Of a stretch of 64,000 nucleotides of DNA, positions 28,845 through 39,500 are shown piece by piece. Each line of letters opens with the position of its first letter. Positions within the stretch are counted from its first letter, which is position 1. Under the pieces are notes generated by a model that was not told the origin of the DNA, did no database searches, and saw only the letters and a list, made by a program, of their open reading frames with translations. Source of the stretch: a virus. The stretch is from IMG/VR virus record IMGVR_UViG_3300034356_000609, positions 1-64,000 of that record, one strand, 5' to 3'. The position numbers and the translations under genes were made by a program.

Positions 28845-28875
28845 AACCCTTACCAACTTGGTGGGGGTTTTTTTA
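28845..28875. terminator. terminator at the convergence of the + and - blocks
   Basis: aacccttacca-act-tggtgggggtt followed by a T run. Confidence 0.7.
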
Positions 28876-29154
28876 TGCGTCGGGTAAATCTTTTAGGTAT
28901 AATACCTTTGGCTGATCTACGTGTTCTGTGAAGACAACCTGTAAGCCCTCTATACAGAGTATCTTTACTTCAAAGATGATGTCTTCGGACACGTCGTCAA
29001 TTAGCTTGAAGAGTTCTTTAATAAGAACTACATACTGTTCTTTAGTTAAAAGAATAGCATTAGGGTAGATACCCTTTTGTCTCTTTAACCCTGCATCTTT
29101 CTCAGACTCTAGGTAATAAGAATTGATTGCTTGTTGTACTTCATATAAGTTCAT
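28873..29154 (-). CDS. hypothetical protein
   Basis: ORF at the end of the late operon. Confidence 0.7.
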   Translation of the reverse strand: MNLYEVQQAINSYYLESEKDAGLKRQKGIYPNAILLTKEQYVVLIKELFKLIDDVSEDIIFEVKILCIEGLQVVFTEHVDQPKVLYLKDLPDA

Positions 29155-29165
29155 AACAGTAAATA

Positions 29166-29744
29166 TTACTGCACCTTATACTTAGTATAGTCTGTGGTAT
29201 TAGGTGCTTCGTTTGCAAAGTAATACACTTCTTTTTTATTTCCAAACTTTATGGTCTTATAAAAGGCAGTAGGTATAGTTGCACCTGTTGGTAGCTTAGC
29301 TGCCTTAGGGCCATAAATCACCCTTATCTCTACTTCTACTTTACTTGTCTTAGCCAACTCTCTCTCATATGCCTCAAGTAATCTCCACGCACCTCTGTTA
29401 AGTTTCTCGTGTTGTAAGATACAATTCAAGTAAGAGAAGGTCTGCCACAGAGTTTCTCTAGTACAGTTAAAGTCAGCTGCTGGTGCACAATGTCCTTTGT
29501 CCCATACATTTCCTTCGTAGTCTTTTCCGTCTGAGGTCTTAACACTATCGTTAGTGTAGAAGTCCATTCCTTTACGAGGATAAGAACCTGTAGGGCATTG
29601 TACTGTGTACCATACACGTTTAGGTTGTTGAAGGACTTCAGAATAAACACAAGAGTAAATAGGAGTTTTAATTAACACACTGTCTCTCTGTGAGTATACA
29701 GTAAGAGAATAGAGACAAAGAAGGAGTATTATAAGTTTTTTCAT
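29166..29744 (-). CDS. exported DNA/RNA non-specific endonuclease (NucA/EndoG family)
   Basis: WDKGHCAPAAD, TFSYLN..LQ..LNRGAW..LE, IPTAFYK; signal peptide ending YS-Q. Confidence 0.9.
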   Translation of the reverse strand: MKKLIILLLCLYSLTVYSQRDSVLIKTPIYSCVYSEVLQQPKRVWYTVQCPTGSYPRKGMDFYTNDSVKTSDGKDYEGNVWDKGHCAPAADFNCTRETLWQTFSYLNCILQHEKLNRGAWRLLEAYERELAKTSKVEVEIRVIYGPKAAKLPTGATIPTAFYKTIKFGNKKEVYYFANEAPNTTDYTKYKVQ

Positions 29745-29746
29745 GG

Positions 29747-30136
29747 TTATAAGATAAGACTAAAGATAGCAAGAATAGACATACCTAAGAATCCGTACTT
29801 GTACATCTTCATCTCAAGATTCTTGCGGTCTATCACACGATTAAGTCTAGTTACTTCTTTCTTTGACTCTTCTACCATAACCTGATAGTTAGGAACAATA
29901 GAATCCCTATACAAATTAATTTGCTGACTGTCTAAATGAATTACGTTCTTGAGAACAACTACTCTCTCTCTGGCTTTGATACCTTTGAGGAATTCGTTAT
30001 TCAACTCCTTTAGCGGTAAGCTGTCTAGAGATTGTGAGTAAGAACTTTGTGCCGTCAATATCAGGCATAGTGTCAAGAGCAATCTGAATAGTATCATACT
30101 TGAGGTTGATTTTTTCATAGTAACTAAATTGTTCAT
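29747..30136 (-). CDS. exported coiled-coil protein with C-terminal TM helix (spanin-like; start may be at MILFR)
   Basis: Signal peptide ...SSYS-Q, heptads, hydrophobic C-terminus; overlaps the upstream gene. Confidence 0.55.
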   Translation of the reverse strand: MNNLVTMKKSTSSMILFRLLLTLCLILTAQSSYSQSLDSLPLKELNNEFLKGIKARERVVVLKNVIHLDSQQINLYRDSIVPNYQVMVEESKKEVTRLNRVIDRKNLEMKMYKYGFLGMSILAIFSLIL

Positions 30137-30317
30137 GTTTAAGTGTAGATAACGAGTCTACTCTACTGAGGAAACTTTCGTTGCGTTTCTCCATAGAGTC
30201 CATGTAAGACATAAATTTCTCTTCACTACCGCTACTTAAGCTTTGTCTTTCCCATAACAAAAAAGCTACTGTGATTAGTAGTAGCCCTATAACAATAACT
30301 TCAATCTTGTTTTTCAT
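29997..30317 (-). CDS. N-terminal TM plus coiled coil (i-spanin-like)
   Basis: Single TM helix, helical domain, directly after the holin. Confidence 0.55.
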   Translation of the reverse strand: MKNKIEVIVIGLLLITVAFLLWERQSLSSGSEEKFMSYMDSMEKRNESFLSRVDSLSTLKHEQFSYYEKINLKYDTIQIALDTMPDIDGTKFLLTISRQLTAKGVE

Positions 30318-30720
30318 TTACTTTATGTTGGTCGATTTTATCTAAGATTAACTGCAGTAACTCATTTTTAATTAACCCTGCTCTGGCTGCGTTCTTGAGT
30401 GCACTTATAAGCTGAAAGAGAATAAAGGGAGCACAGATAGTCTCACTTAGCCAGAAAGTACCTTCAAAGCCCTTCTCAATCATCAAGATACCTGTAAGCA
30501 TAAATACCCACACCATTAAAGTTTTAAGCACGCTAAGAGCTTTATTCGTTTTAAAGCCTTCCATCTTAGTTCCTGCCCATACCCCAAAGAATCCATCTAT
30601 AAACACAACAGCAACTACAGCTAAGTACTGTTCAGCATTATCTGCTCCTAGATTAAGGAAGTAAGTTCCTAAGAAAGCTAAGATAGTTGTACCTGTGTAT
30701 AAGAGGAAAGAGGTCTTCAT
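30301..30720 (-). CDS. holin (phage holin 4 / toxin-secretion family-like)
   Basis: Several TM helices; FIDGFFGVWAG, SALKNA..AG. Confidence 0.75.
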   Translation of the reverse strand: MKTSFLLYTGTTILAFLGTYFLNLGADNAEQYLAVVAVVFIDGFFGVWAGTKMEGFKTNKALSVLKTLMVWVFMLTGILMIEKGFEGTFWLSETICAPFILFQLISALKNAARAGLIKNELLQLILDKIDQHKVNEKQD

Positions 30721-30947
30721 TATTCAGTAGGGGGGAATGGTGGGGGTGGTGGTGGGATGTATTCGGCTTGGGGTAAATCGAACAACCACATAAATTCAGT
30801 ATTCTCAAACGCTTCTTTGTCTTGTTCATTGCCAAAAAAGAACCAATTGCCGTTAATGTCTTGTACGCAGTTGATGAATTGATAAGGGTTGATATATTGC
30901 CCTTGTACTGCTTGGTATTGTTCGGGTGTAAGTGTGTAACCTATCAT
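30720..30947 (-). CDS. small protein with poly-Pro C-terminus (fibre-associated)
   Basis: NCVQDINGNWF, PPPPPPFPP. Confidence 0.7.
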   Translation of the reverse strand: MIGYTLTPEQYQAVQGQYINPYQFINCVQDINGNWFFFGNEQDKEAFENTEFMWLFDLPQAEYIPPPPPPFPPTE

Positions 30948-31738
30948 ACTTCGCGATTTAAAGTGTCTTGAAATGCTTGTACTGCGGTGTAAAGATTGGA
31001 TAAATTTGTTGTTGTTAAACCATCAGCTACAAATCCAAATGCGTTTTCTCTATCTTCTGCATTTGCCTGTGCCCCTTTTCCAAAAACAAAATTTTTAGAA
31101 GTCAGTGAACCGCTTGATGAAGATGAAAAAGTGGAAATTGACGAATTTAATTGAATATATTTTGTTGTAGTTGCAATTCTCGACATCGCGTTCAAGCCTC
31201 GACAATCGCTAACCGCTCCCCCATCGTTACCACCGTCAAACAAATATCCGTATTTATTACCGTCTGTGTATCTTATATAAAATTCATTGATTGGGCTTGT
31301 TGCACCTCCAAAACCCCAACCAAAAGACCCAATACTTAATGAATTTGTACGGCAATAATAACCATAACTAATATCATTAATTGAGTTCATTATATTCAAA
31401 TTTAATGTAGTATCAAAATACGCACTTGTGCCATTTGGCGTTACCCCCGTACTTGCAAAAGTCCAACCCGTACTGAAACTACCCGTAAAACTTGCACTCT
31501 TTAAGTTTTGAGCACACGCTGCGGCACTTGCACCAACCATTGGATAAATGGCTTTCATAGGTGTCCAAAGTGAATTGGCTTTTAAGTCTAATACAAGTTG
31601 ATTAGTTGCATCTTTTTCGGTGGTGGATAGTGTTCCTCCGGCCGTTGTTACGCGGTCAAAGAATGCCTGAGCATCTGCGTCATAAGTAGGACCGAACCCA
31701 GCCTTATTAAATCCAAAAAACGATGGTATCGCGAACAT
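30944..31738 (-). CDS. virion structural protein, possibly a LamG-like beta-sandwich
   Basis: YDADAQAF..V..AGGTL, LW..MKAIYP, NGTSAYFDT. Confidence 0.65.
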   Translation of the reverse strand: MFAIPSFFGFNKAGFGPTYDADAQAFFDRVTTAGGTLSTTEKDATNQLVLDLKANSLWTPMKAIYPMVGASAAACAQNLKSASFTGSFSTGWTFASTGVTPNGTSAYFDTTLNLNIMNSINDISYGYYCRTNSLSIGSFGWGFGGATSPINEFYIRYTDGNKYGYLFDGGNDGGAVSDCRGLNAMSRIATTTKYIQLNSSISTFSSSSSGSLTSKNFVFGKGAQANAEDRENAFGFVADGLTTTNLSNLYTAVQAFQDTLNREV

Positions 31739-31739
31739 A

Positions 31740-33041
31740 TTACAAAGATGTGTCTCCGCCTAAAATTGCCAATACGTTGGTGTACTTGATGATGCTCACC
31801 ACTGAGTACTGCCCGTTGTTCTTGCCATGACCCTGTCTGTTGCCGATCACCAGTCCACCCGTACCTGCAATGGTAGAAATCGCAGCGTCCAACTGAATGA
31901 GCGTTACGTTAAAGCCATTGGGTAATGATGCGTCAAATGTGATCGTCAAAGCGCCTGTCAATGCAATTACGCTTGAGTTGTATGTAGAAGCATTGGCCGA
32001 GTTAAGAGTTAAGTTCGCAGAAGTACTCGCTGTATTTGGCATGAAGTTCTGAAGAACTTGAGCGTTTAAATTCGTAGGGATCCTAGCCGCAGCAAGGACA
32101 CCACTAGAGATGTTTGCAGCATTGGTAGTGTCTGCGTTTGCTACGTTGCCAAGTCCAACAGCCGTCTTGTCAAGTGTTTGAAACGTCTTGTCTCCCCTGT
32201 AGTACTGTGAGGTAGTTCCTGCAGTGATCTGGTCCTGCTTTCCGTTGAACGTGCTCCAGTCAGTGCTTGTAAGAGCGCCCCTGTTGGATGCAGATGCATT
32301 GGGAACGTTCAATGTGATGACAGGCGTAGTTGTGCTGTTAGCAACACTAGAACTTAAATCTGTACCTGTAGTGCCTAGAGTAAGTGCCGATACGTTAGTA
32401 ACTGTTCCACTTCCTCCACCGCCACCGCCTGTAGCGTTAATAGTTACAACTCCTGTTCCCCCTGCTGGAGAAATGGTAATGTTTGTTCCTGCTACAATCT
32501 GAGATACGCCACTTGCACCACCACCACTATACTGTGGGATATTTAATGTACCACCAACCAATGTGGCAGCGCCACTAGTACCGGTTGTGGTCAATGTTAA
32601 TGTTTGCTGTTTGCCGCCAAGTTGCGTCTGGATGTTATCCGTCAACCCATTTAGATAGTCAAACTCAGCATTACTGATTAATCCCGTGCTAATTTTAGCA
32701 GCATCTATACCAGTGGGCAAATCACTAGCAGTTAAGTCAGCCCCTGCTGTAACTAGTCCTTTTGCATCGTACGTGATCTTTGTCTTGGTGGCTCCTGTAA
32801 TTGCAGCGTTCTCATCCACTTTCAAATCCAATGCAGTTTGAGTTGCAGTTGAGACAGGTTTATTTGCATCTGATGTATTAGAAACGTTATCTAATGCTAA
32901 TGCAACCTTCAGTTGACTTGGAGCTACTTTCTTTGTCTCTCCTACACCTGCTGCTACACTAACATCTACAATTGGTATCATGTCATTGCTGACATCAATA
33001 CCTCCAATCAGAGCTAGTTCGGTTATTTTTTGATTTGCCAT
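31740..33041 (-). CDS. fibre protein
   Basis: MANQKITEL start, LDNVSNTSDANKPVS, YDAKGLVT, QYYRGDKT, VGLGNV. Confidence 0.8.
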   Translation of the reverse strand: MANQKITELALIGGIDVSNDMIPIVDVSVAAGVGETKKVAPSQLKVALALDNVSNTSDANKPVSTATQTALDLKVDENAAITGATKTKITYDAKGLVTAGADLTASDLPTGIDAAKISTGLISNAEFDYLNGLTDNIQTQLGGKQQTLTLTTTGTSGAATLVGGTLNIPQYSGGGASGVSQIVAGTNITISPAGGTGVVTINATGGGGGGSGTVTNVSALTLGTTGTDLSSSVANSTTTPVITLNVPNASASNRGALTSTDWSTFNGKQDQITAGTTSQYYRGDKTFQTLDKTAVGLGNVANADTTNAANISSGVLAAARIPTNLNAQVLQNFMPNTASTSANLTLNSANASTYNSSVIALTGALTITFDASLPNGFNVTLIQLDAAISTIAGTGGLVIGNRQGHGKNNGQYSVVSIIKYTNVLAILGGDTSL

Positions 33042-33043
33042 GA

Positions 33044-33181
33044 TTATACCTTAACTGTAGTTATAATTTGATCTCCTGATTGTAATAACAAGAAGTCTCC
33101 ATCTTGCTTAGTCAACAAGCCAGTAGTTAAAACAACTGGTTTAGTGTTCCTTTTAAGGATACTTATGAATATACCAATCAT
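33044..33181 (-). CDS. 45-aa protein (MIGIFISILK...LLTKQDGDFLLLQSGDQI...)
   Basis: Manual translation; fills the gap exactly (TAATG overlap with the upstream stop). Confidence 0.65.
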   Translation of the reverse strand: MIGIFISILKRNTKPVVLTTGLLTKQDGDFLLLQSGDQIITTVKV

Positions 33182-33483
33182 TACTTGTACGCAATTACAC
33201 TACCTGAAGAGATAGCAAAACCAGTAATTAGTCCTCCAGGGATAAATGCCCCCTGAACAAAAGTTACACCACTCATACCATTGTTAGACAACTCAGAAGC
33301 ACCATTGACAAGGAATTCTGTGAATACAGTATCTTCTTGTACTACTAGTGCATTGTAGCGTACGTTTGATACAGTACCTGTGCCGTGGCGTTTAAAGCCT
33401 CCAGAGCCTACAGAAAGTCCAGTGTGTGCTGAAATCGCTCTCAAGCGTTTTCCTTGTTCGTTTACTTGTTGATAATTATCCAT
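33181..33483 (-). CDS. small beta-rich structural protein
   Basis: Ends SSGSVIAYK; has its own promoter. Confidence 0.7.
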   Translation of the reverse strand: MDNYQQVNEQGKRLRAISAHTGLSVGSGGFKRHGTGTVSNVRYNALVVQEDTVFTEFLVNGASELSNNGMSGVTFVQGAFIPGGLITGFAISSGSVIAYK

Positions 33484-33521
33484 TTTCTTTCGTTATTAAA
33501 ACCGACTTGCGTCCGACATTA

Positions 33522-33551
33522 CAAATTTAACTTTATTTATAAATAAGTCAA
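33522..33551 (-). promoter_or_regulatory. Bacteroidota sigma70 promoter TTG-N19-TAAATTTG
   Basis: Exact consensus and spacing; spacer contains the palindrome ttatttataaataa. Confidence 0.8.
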
Positions 33552-33555
33552 GTAG

Positions 33556-36500
33556 TTAATCAGGGTCACTAAAAGAACTATCTTCTACGGGTTCTAGTTC
33601 TCTTAGTTGGCTTTTAAGAGTTCTTATCAAGTCTCTAGTGTATCTCTTTTCTCTACTTATAGATTCTTCGTAACTTTCACTCTTCTCAGCTTCAGGGATA
33701 CTCATTCCAGGCATGGCTACTTTTAATAACTTATCTAGTACTTTGCGTGACTCTTGTCCTTCCTTTGCTGCTATTTTCTTTTCTTCTTCGTAGTTACGGA
33801 TGACATAGTTCTTGTCTTGCATTTCTACCTTAGCTAGTCGTCTTTCTGCCCACTCTAAAAGATTAGTTCTAAACTCTTGTATGTTCTCGGACTTCAAAGC
33901 AGTCAAGTCGCCAGCTTCGTACTTTTCTATATTCCCTAAGTCCCTAGCCAATAAGTCTTTTTGTAATTCTTGGATCTTTTTATCGTTCTGTACATAGTCT
34001 CCCAAAGGATCTTTGAGTCCAAGCATAGGACTTAGTTTAAGTATGTCTTGTACACGTTTCTTAGGTTCGGTAAATGGCTTTAATCCTAGTTCTACTCCAT
34101 AAACTTTAAGTAAAACTGCTTGCCATCTCTGTAATCCTGCCGTTGGCTTTGGTGTATTTACCACACTCTTACCTCCTATACCACCTCTACGTTGTTCATA
34201 GTACTCTCCAAAAGGATCTGTTACGTTTTTCCAATCAAATACAGCTTCATAGATTTGGTCATAGCTTCTCATCTGTTGTCCAAACACAGTATACAAGCCA
34301 TGTTTAACTACACTAGATACACCTTCTCTATCTTCCCCTGGTTTGTCTAGAGGTCTGCGGAAGAATGTCTTATAAATATAATTACTAGGAGCTAGTATAG
34401 GATGTAAGCTGATATACTCGTCATAAGTACCCAATGCAATTAACGCAAGTAAGGATAGTACTTTATCTTCTCCGTCACCTCCTGATAGATTTGCAAGTAC
34501 CATTCCAATCAAAGAGTAAGAAAGCAAATGTAACCCCAATGCATTGCCAGTATCTCTAACTATTCTTTCGTACTTTTCTTTCTCAAGGGCAGTACTTCCC
34601 AGATTGGTTCTTTCTCTATTAGATAAGTATTGAAGCTTCCGTACGATTGCTTTACCTCCTGCCCTATAAAAACCTTCTTCTATGTTTCCAGTATATAAAC
34701 TTAGTCTTTGTTTCCCGTAGTTTGTCTGTAGTAAAGGTTGTAACCACCTTTTCATACTAAAGACAAAAGACGTGAATATATTACCCTCATAGAAAGAACG
34801 AGTTCTTGTAAAGTAGTTACCCTGTGTACTAGTGTAGAGTTCGTGTATTTGGTCTCTTAAATACTGTTCTACTTGACGTAGCTTTTCTCTTTTTACCTTA
34901 TTAGAATCTTCTAGTGACTTGATCTTTGTATCTTGTTTTTTAAGTAAGTCATTTAGAGCAATCTTTTGTGGGGTAGACAAGCGGTCATAGCTTGATACCT
35001 GTGCTGAGGATAAATAATTGTTTAGGATTTGTTGGCGTTCTACTATCAAACTCCTCATAGCATTTTGCTCCAAACCAAACACACCGTCTTTAGGCACAAG
35101 CATACCATTTATTACATCGTAAGCATCTTCTAATTTAATCTGTACTTCCTGCCCATTAACCATCATAGGTACGGTCATACGTGCCATCAATGCTTCGTAG
35201 ATGGGAATTGTAGATGCCATCTCCGTATATCCAAATATCTGAGAACTAAAGTTGTTTAGATTTATGTACTTATAGATATTACGTTGGTGTACGTTACCAG
35301 CCATTGAAGTTGGATTTGCACTAGGTACAGCTCTAAAATACATTAGTTTTAATGCATAGTCATTGTACTTACGAGAACCATTCTCTAATTGCATTAAACT
35401 TCTGTGACTTTGCATTCCCTTCCACCAAGCCTTTAACAATTCCTTACGTGTAAGACCATACTTGTTCTTAGACAACATAATCTTTAAGAAGTTATTAAAG
35501 ACGTTTTTAAACAGACGCATAAAGTTAAATACCAATGCTCTAGTCTGTGTGAACCTAAACATTCGTCTAAATACCCTAGCGGCAATCTTTAGGTATTTGT
35601 TGTCTGGATTGCTTACTTCACCTCCGTAAAAGAATCTGTTTACTTCGTTGTCAATAACTTGTAAGTCCTCCTTAGGAGTTTTTCCTTCTAGGGCTTCTCT
35701 AGCGGCAAAGATTGCAGGCATAGCTTTTTGTAAACCTTGGAACTCTGCAGCGTATACTCCATAATTAGCTAGAGATTGAGTCAACAGGTGGGATACTTGA
35801 TTGACATTTACAGGTTGTTTGTATCTAGTTTTAATTAATTGTACTTTACGACCTTTACCACGACTCTCTGCGTTCTTATTAGCTTGGATAATACTACTGT
35901 CTACTTCATCTAAAGTTTCTCCAGGTAACCCTTCCCTCCACAATAGTTTAATACTGTCAAAGAAAGTATGGAATCTCTTTTTAATGTTTGTTTCAGTTAC
36001 TCTTTCTTGACCACTTTTGACTGCGTTTGGTACTACATAACCTCTAAGTCTTTGACTTGCAGGGAGTTTTCTTTGAATGTCTTCATACAAACCTACCAAA
36101 TCTCCTACCAACGCTTTGTCTTCATTGTTTAACTTTTCGTAGTCTGGGTTATTATATTTACCGTCAGTAGTTTCTTTGGGTCTTAAATCCCCTAAGAAGT
36201 TATAGTCTTTGTTTTTGTACTCGTCTCTTACCCTAGGGATAGTCCACTCAAAGCTAGGATTTTCTTGTCTAATATATTTAGAGTCAGAAGGAATGGTCTT
36301 GGTCCAAATATATATAGGGCGTTCTGTTACATCTTCAAACTCTTCTCCCGTATCTTTATCAAATCTTTTGCGTACTATGCTAATGTGATTGGCTTTATAC
36401 CAGTCAGTGTCACGCATACGTTTATTGACTTCATTAGAATAAAGAACACTATAGTAAGCATCTATTAAATTCTTTCTGTAGATAGCAGATTTAAGGTCTG

Positions 36501-39500
36501 TTAAAGTTTGAGCTGTAGGCAACTCGTCTAATGCACTAGGGTCTGAAAAGATACCAACGTCTAAATGGTTGCCATCAGTTTCAATAAAGTGGTCTGCCAT
36601 CTTTTCAGCCTTGGTTTGCATTTCTGCAAGTAAAACTGTCTCAGTAGCGAGTTGACCTCTAATGTTTCTCTTGACACTTTCTACTACTTCGTAGTAATAG
36701 TCTGTCTTCTCTTTTGTTTGTAGTGCAAACAATCTTTTGAACAATCCTTTTAACAGAAGTTTATCTGCATCTGTCATGTTACGATTCTGGTCTGCAGCAT
36801 CCTTTAAATCTTCTATCTCATTTTCAATCTCACGGATAGTTTCACTTAACCCTAACTCAACTGCCGAACCTACTATAACTCCATCTTGGTCTCTATAACC
36901 TTTAACTGCATTAAACAACCTAGTATATGCATCGTTAATCTCTGGGCTCTCTCCATATTTAAGAAAGACTGCCTTAATCTTATCAGCAATAGTTTGTTGT
37001 AACTCAAAAAACTGAGGATCTATTTCTATTCTAGTGTTGTTCTTGAGCCAAGTAGCTAAGTTGTTTTGTGCTTCTACTAGATTTTCTTTTTCTTCAAACA
37101 ACTTACTTTGGAGTGCAGTTGTGTTTTGACCTAACGCTTCTGCATCTGCTAAGTCTGTTTCTAGAATACCAATACGAGTCTTAACCTGCTTTACAGCATC
37201 TTTACGACTTTGCTTTTCTATGTTAAACCTCTTAAGTACTGCTTCAGGAATAGTAAACTCAACAACATCAAGTTCTTTTCTTCTCTGCTTATAAGATATA
37301 ATAGATTCAGCAATATCCCTTTCTTTTGAGCCTATGGGTTTTTCTGACCCGTCCTCATTAAATATAGAACCTAATCTCTCGTATTGTCTTCTTAGGTCTC
37401 CACGTACCTTACGATCTTCTTCTGTAGAGTCAACGTCTCCAAATACGTCTATGTGTTCTTTTATCTCGTCTAGTAAGGCGGCTCTAGCTTCACGAGCTTC
37501 TTCACTTAAAAGCGATTCTGCCTGATAATACTCATCCGTGTATCTACCTACTGCATACTTTTCTTGGAAATCTCCCAATGCTTTTTCCGCTGCTAGTATA
37601 TCAGCTTCAACTCCTGCCTTTTCTGCTACTTCTAAGTTATGCTGAAGGTCAAGCAAATCAGAGTAGAACTCAGCTTCTTTGAATTTAGTGTTATAGGCTA
37701 ACTGTTTTACTTTAGTTCTTCTTCCTTGCTCGTCATAATAGATCATATCTACCTCACGAGTTAACCCTTGGTAATGTTTATCTACAGTACTAAAGGCACT
37801 TACATTCCCTCTTTGTTTGTTTCTAGCTTCTACACGACGTTCAATGGCTTCTGCTCGTGTAGTTGTATCTATACTTGAGTTCTCTGCTTCTGTTAAATGG
37901 ACATCTAAGAACTGTTTAAGTACTTGAACTACAGGGCTGCCAGAACTCGTAGCCATACCCATGTATACATTCCACATACTTCCTCCTTCATATGAAGGGT
38001 CCATACCTCTTTGTAGAAGTATTTGTATGTTCTGTGTAGTTGGCACCCAAGACAAAAAGTACTTTAAGTTTTGAATGTCTGACTCTAGGTTTTTTATCTT
38101 CTTAGCTTCATTGTTAGCTTGTGCATCTAGTAACAAAGCTTCTTTAGCAGCAAGTTCTTGATTAAGTTGACTGTCTGAAGCTTGTAGCTTTTTACTAATT
38201 AATCTAAAAGGTTCTGCAAGCTGAGAAGCTACGGGAATAATAATAGCTTTTTGAGCAGCAGTACGTAAGTTAGTACTATTGTTTTGTATTCTTTCTAACT
38301 TGGTCTGTAACTCTTTAACAACTACATCATAGTTTTCTATCTGTCTTCTGCGTTCCTGTAAGAATTCTGCCTTACCAGTTGGGTCTAACGCCAATTGGTC
38401 TTTAGTTACATTCATTACAAGTTCAGGCATCAACAAGCTATTAAAGCTTTCTACTTGCTCGTTGATTAAGTCTGATAGGTTTTTAGCATAGTTAAACAAA
38501 CGTATAGCCTCTACATCTGACATCTGGCTTAGATTGTCCTTTGTTGTTTTGACTGTTGTTTGAATCCGTTTAAGTATGTTCTCTAATGCATCTATATAAC
38601 TTACAGTAGAGTTAATAGTATCTGCTACTCCAGCACTAGATATATTGCCAAGCTTTTGTTTAATTCTTTCAATAGAGCCAAAGCGTGGATCTATCTCTGA
38701 TAAAGCTTGAGACATCTGTGCCCAACTAGAACTGTTTAAACTCTCTCGTACATAGTTTTGAAACTTACTTAAATCTATTGAAGGAGGCGTTACTGTGGCA
38801 CTACTATAGGGAGCATTGAATCTTAGTTGATGTTCTCCTGCCAGTTCAGGCATATCTTCTAAACTTTCTAAGTAATCAAAGTACTCGTTTAAAGTAACAT
38901 CTAAGTCACTTAAAGATACGTTGGTAAACTGACCCTTTAAGAATCTTTTTATAGTTGCAACAAGTCTTCCTAGTAAGCCAGTATTCTTAGCTTTCTGTTC
39001 TGCCTCTTGGAGTGTTTCTCTAAAATAAGGATTAGATAGGTACTCACTTACAAACTCTTCAGTATTCTTAAATCCGTAGTTATTCTGAAGTAAAGGAAAG
39101 TTACTTCTATATTGGGATAAATACCTATCCATCTCTTGAGAGAATTGTATCTCTGCAGGAGTTTGAGGGTTAGTCAAAGCGTGGATAGTGTATGCGTGTA
39201 ATGTCTCGTGGATAAGTTCCTTAACGAAACTTTTACTATTGAAGTCAGATGAAACCGTCTTACCTACGTATACCGTATTGGTTTTAGGGTCATAGAAAGA
39301 TCTTTGATACTCGTCTGCTACGGTAGCATCATCAAACACTACCAACTTTAAAGTTGGATTAATCCTAAGTAAGCTACTAAGTCTGGTTAAGATTTCCTTT
39401 TGGAAGTTCTCTGTCTCCCCGCTATTAACAACTCCATCGATAAGTTCTTTTAACTGTGCGTTAGAAAAGTCCTGTACGCTGTTGACTATCAAAGAAGGGA

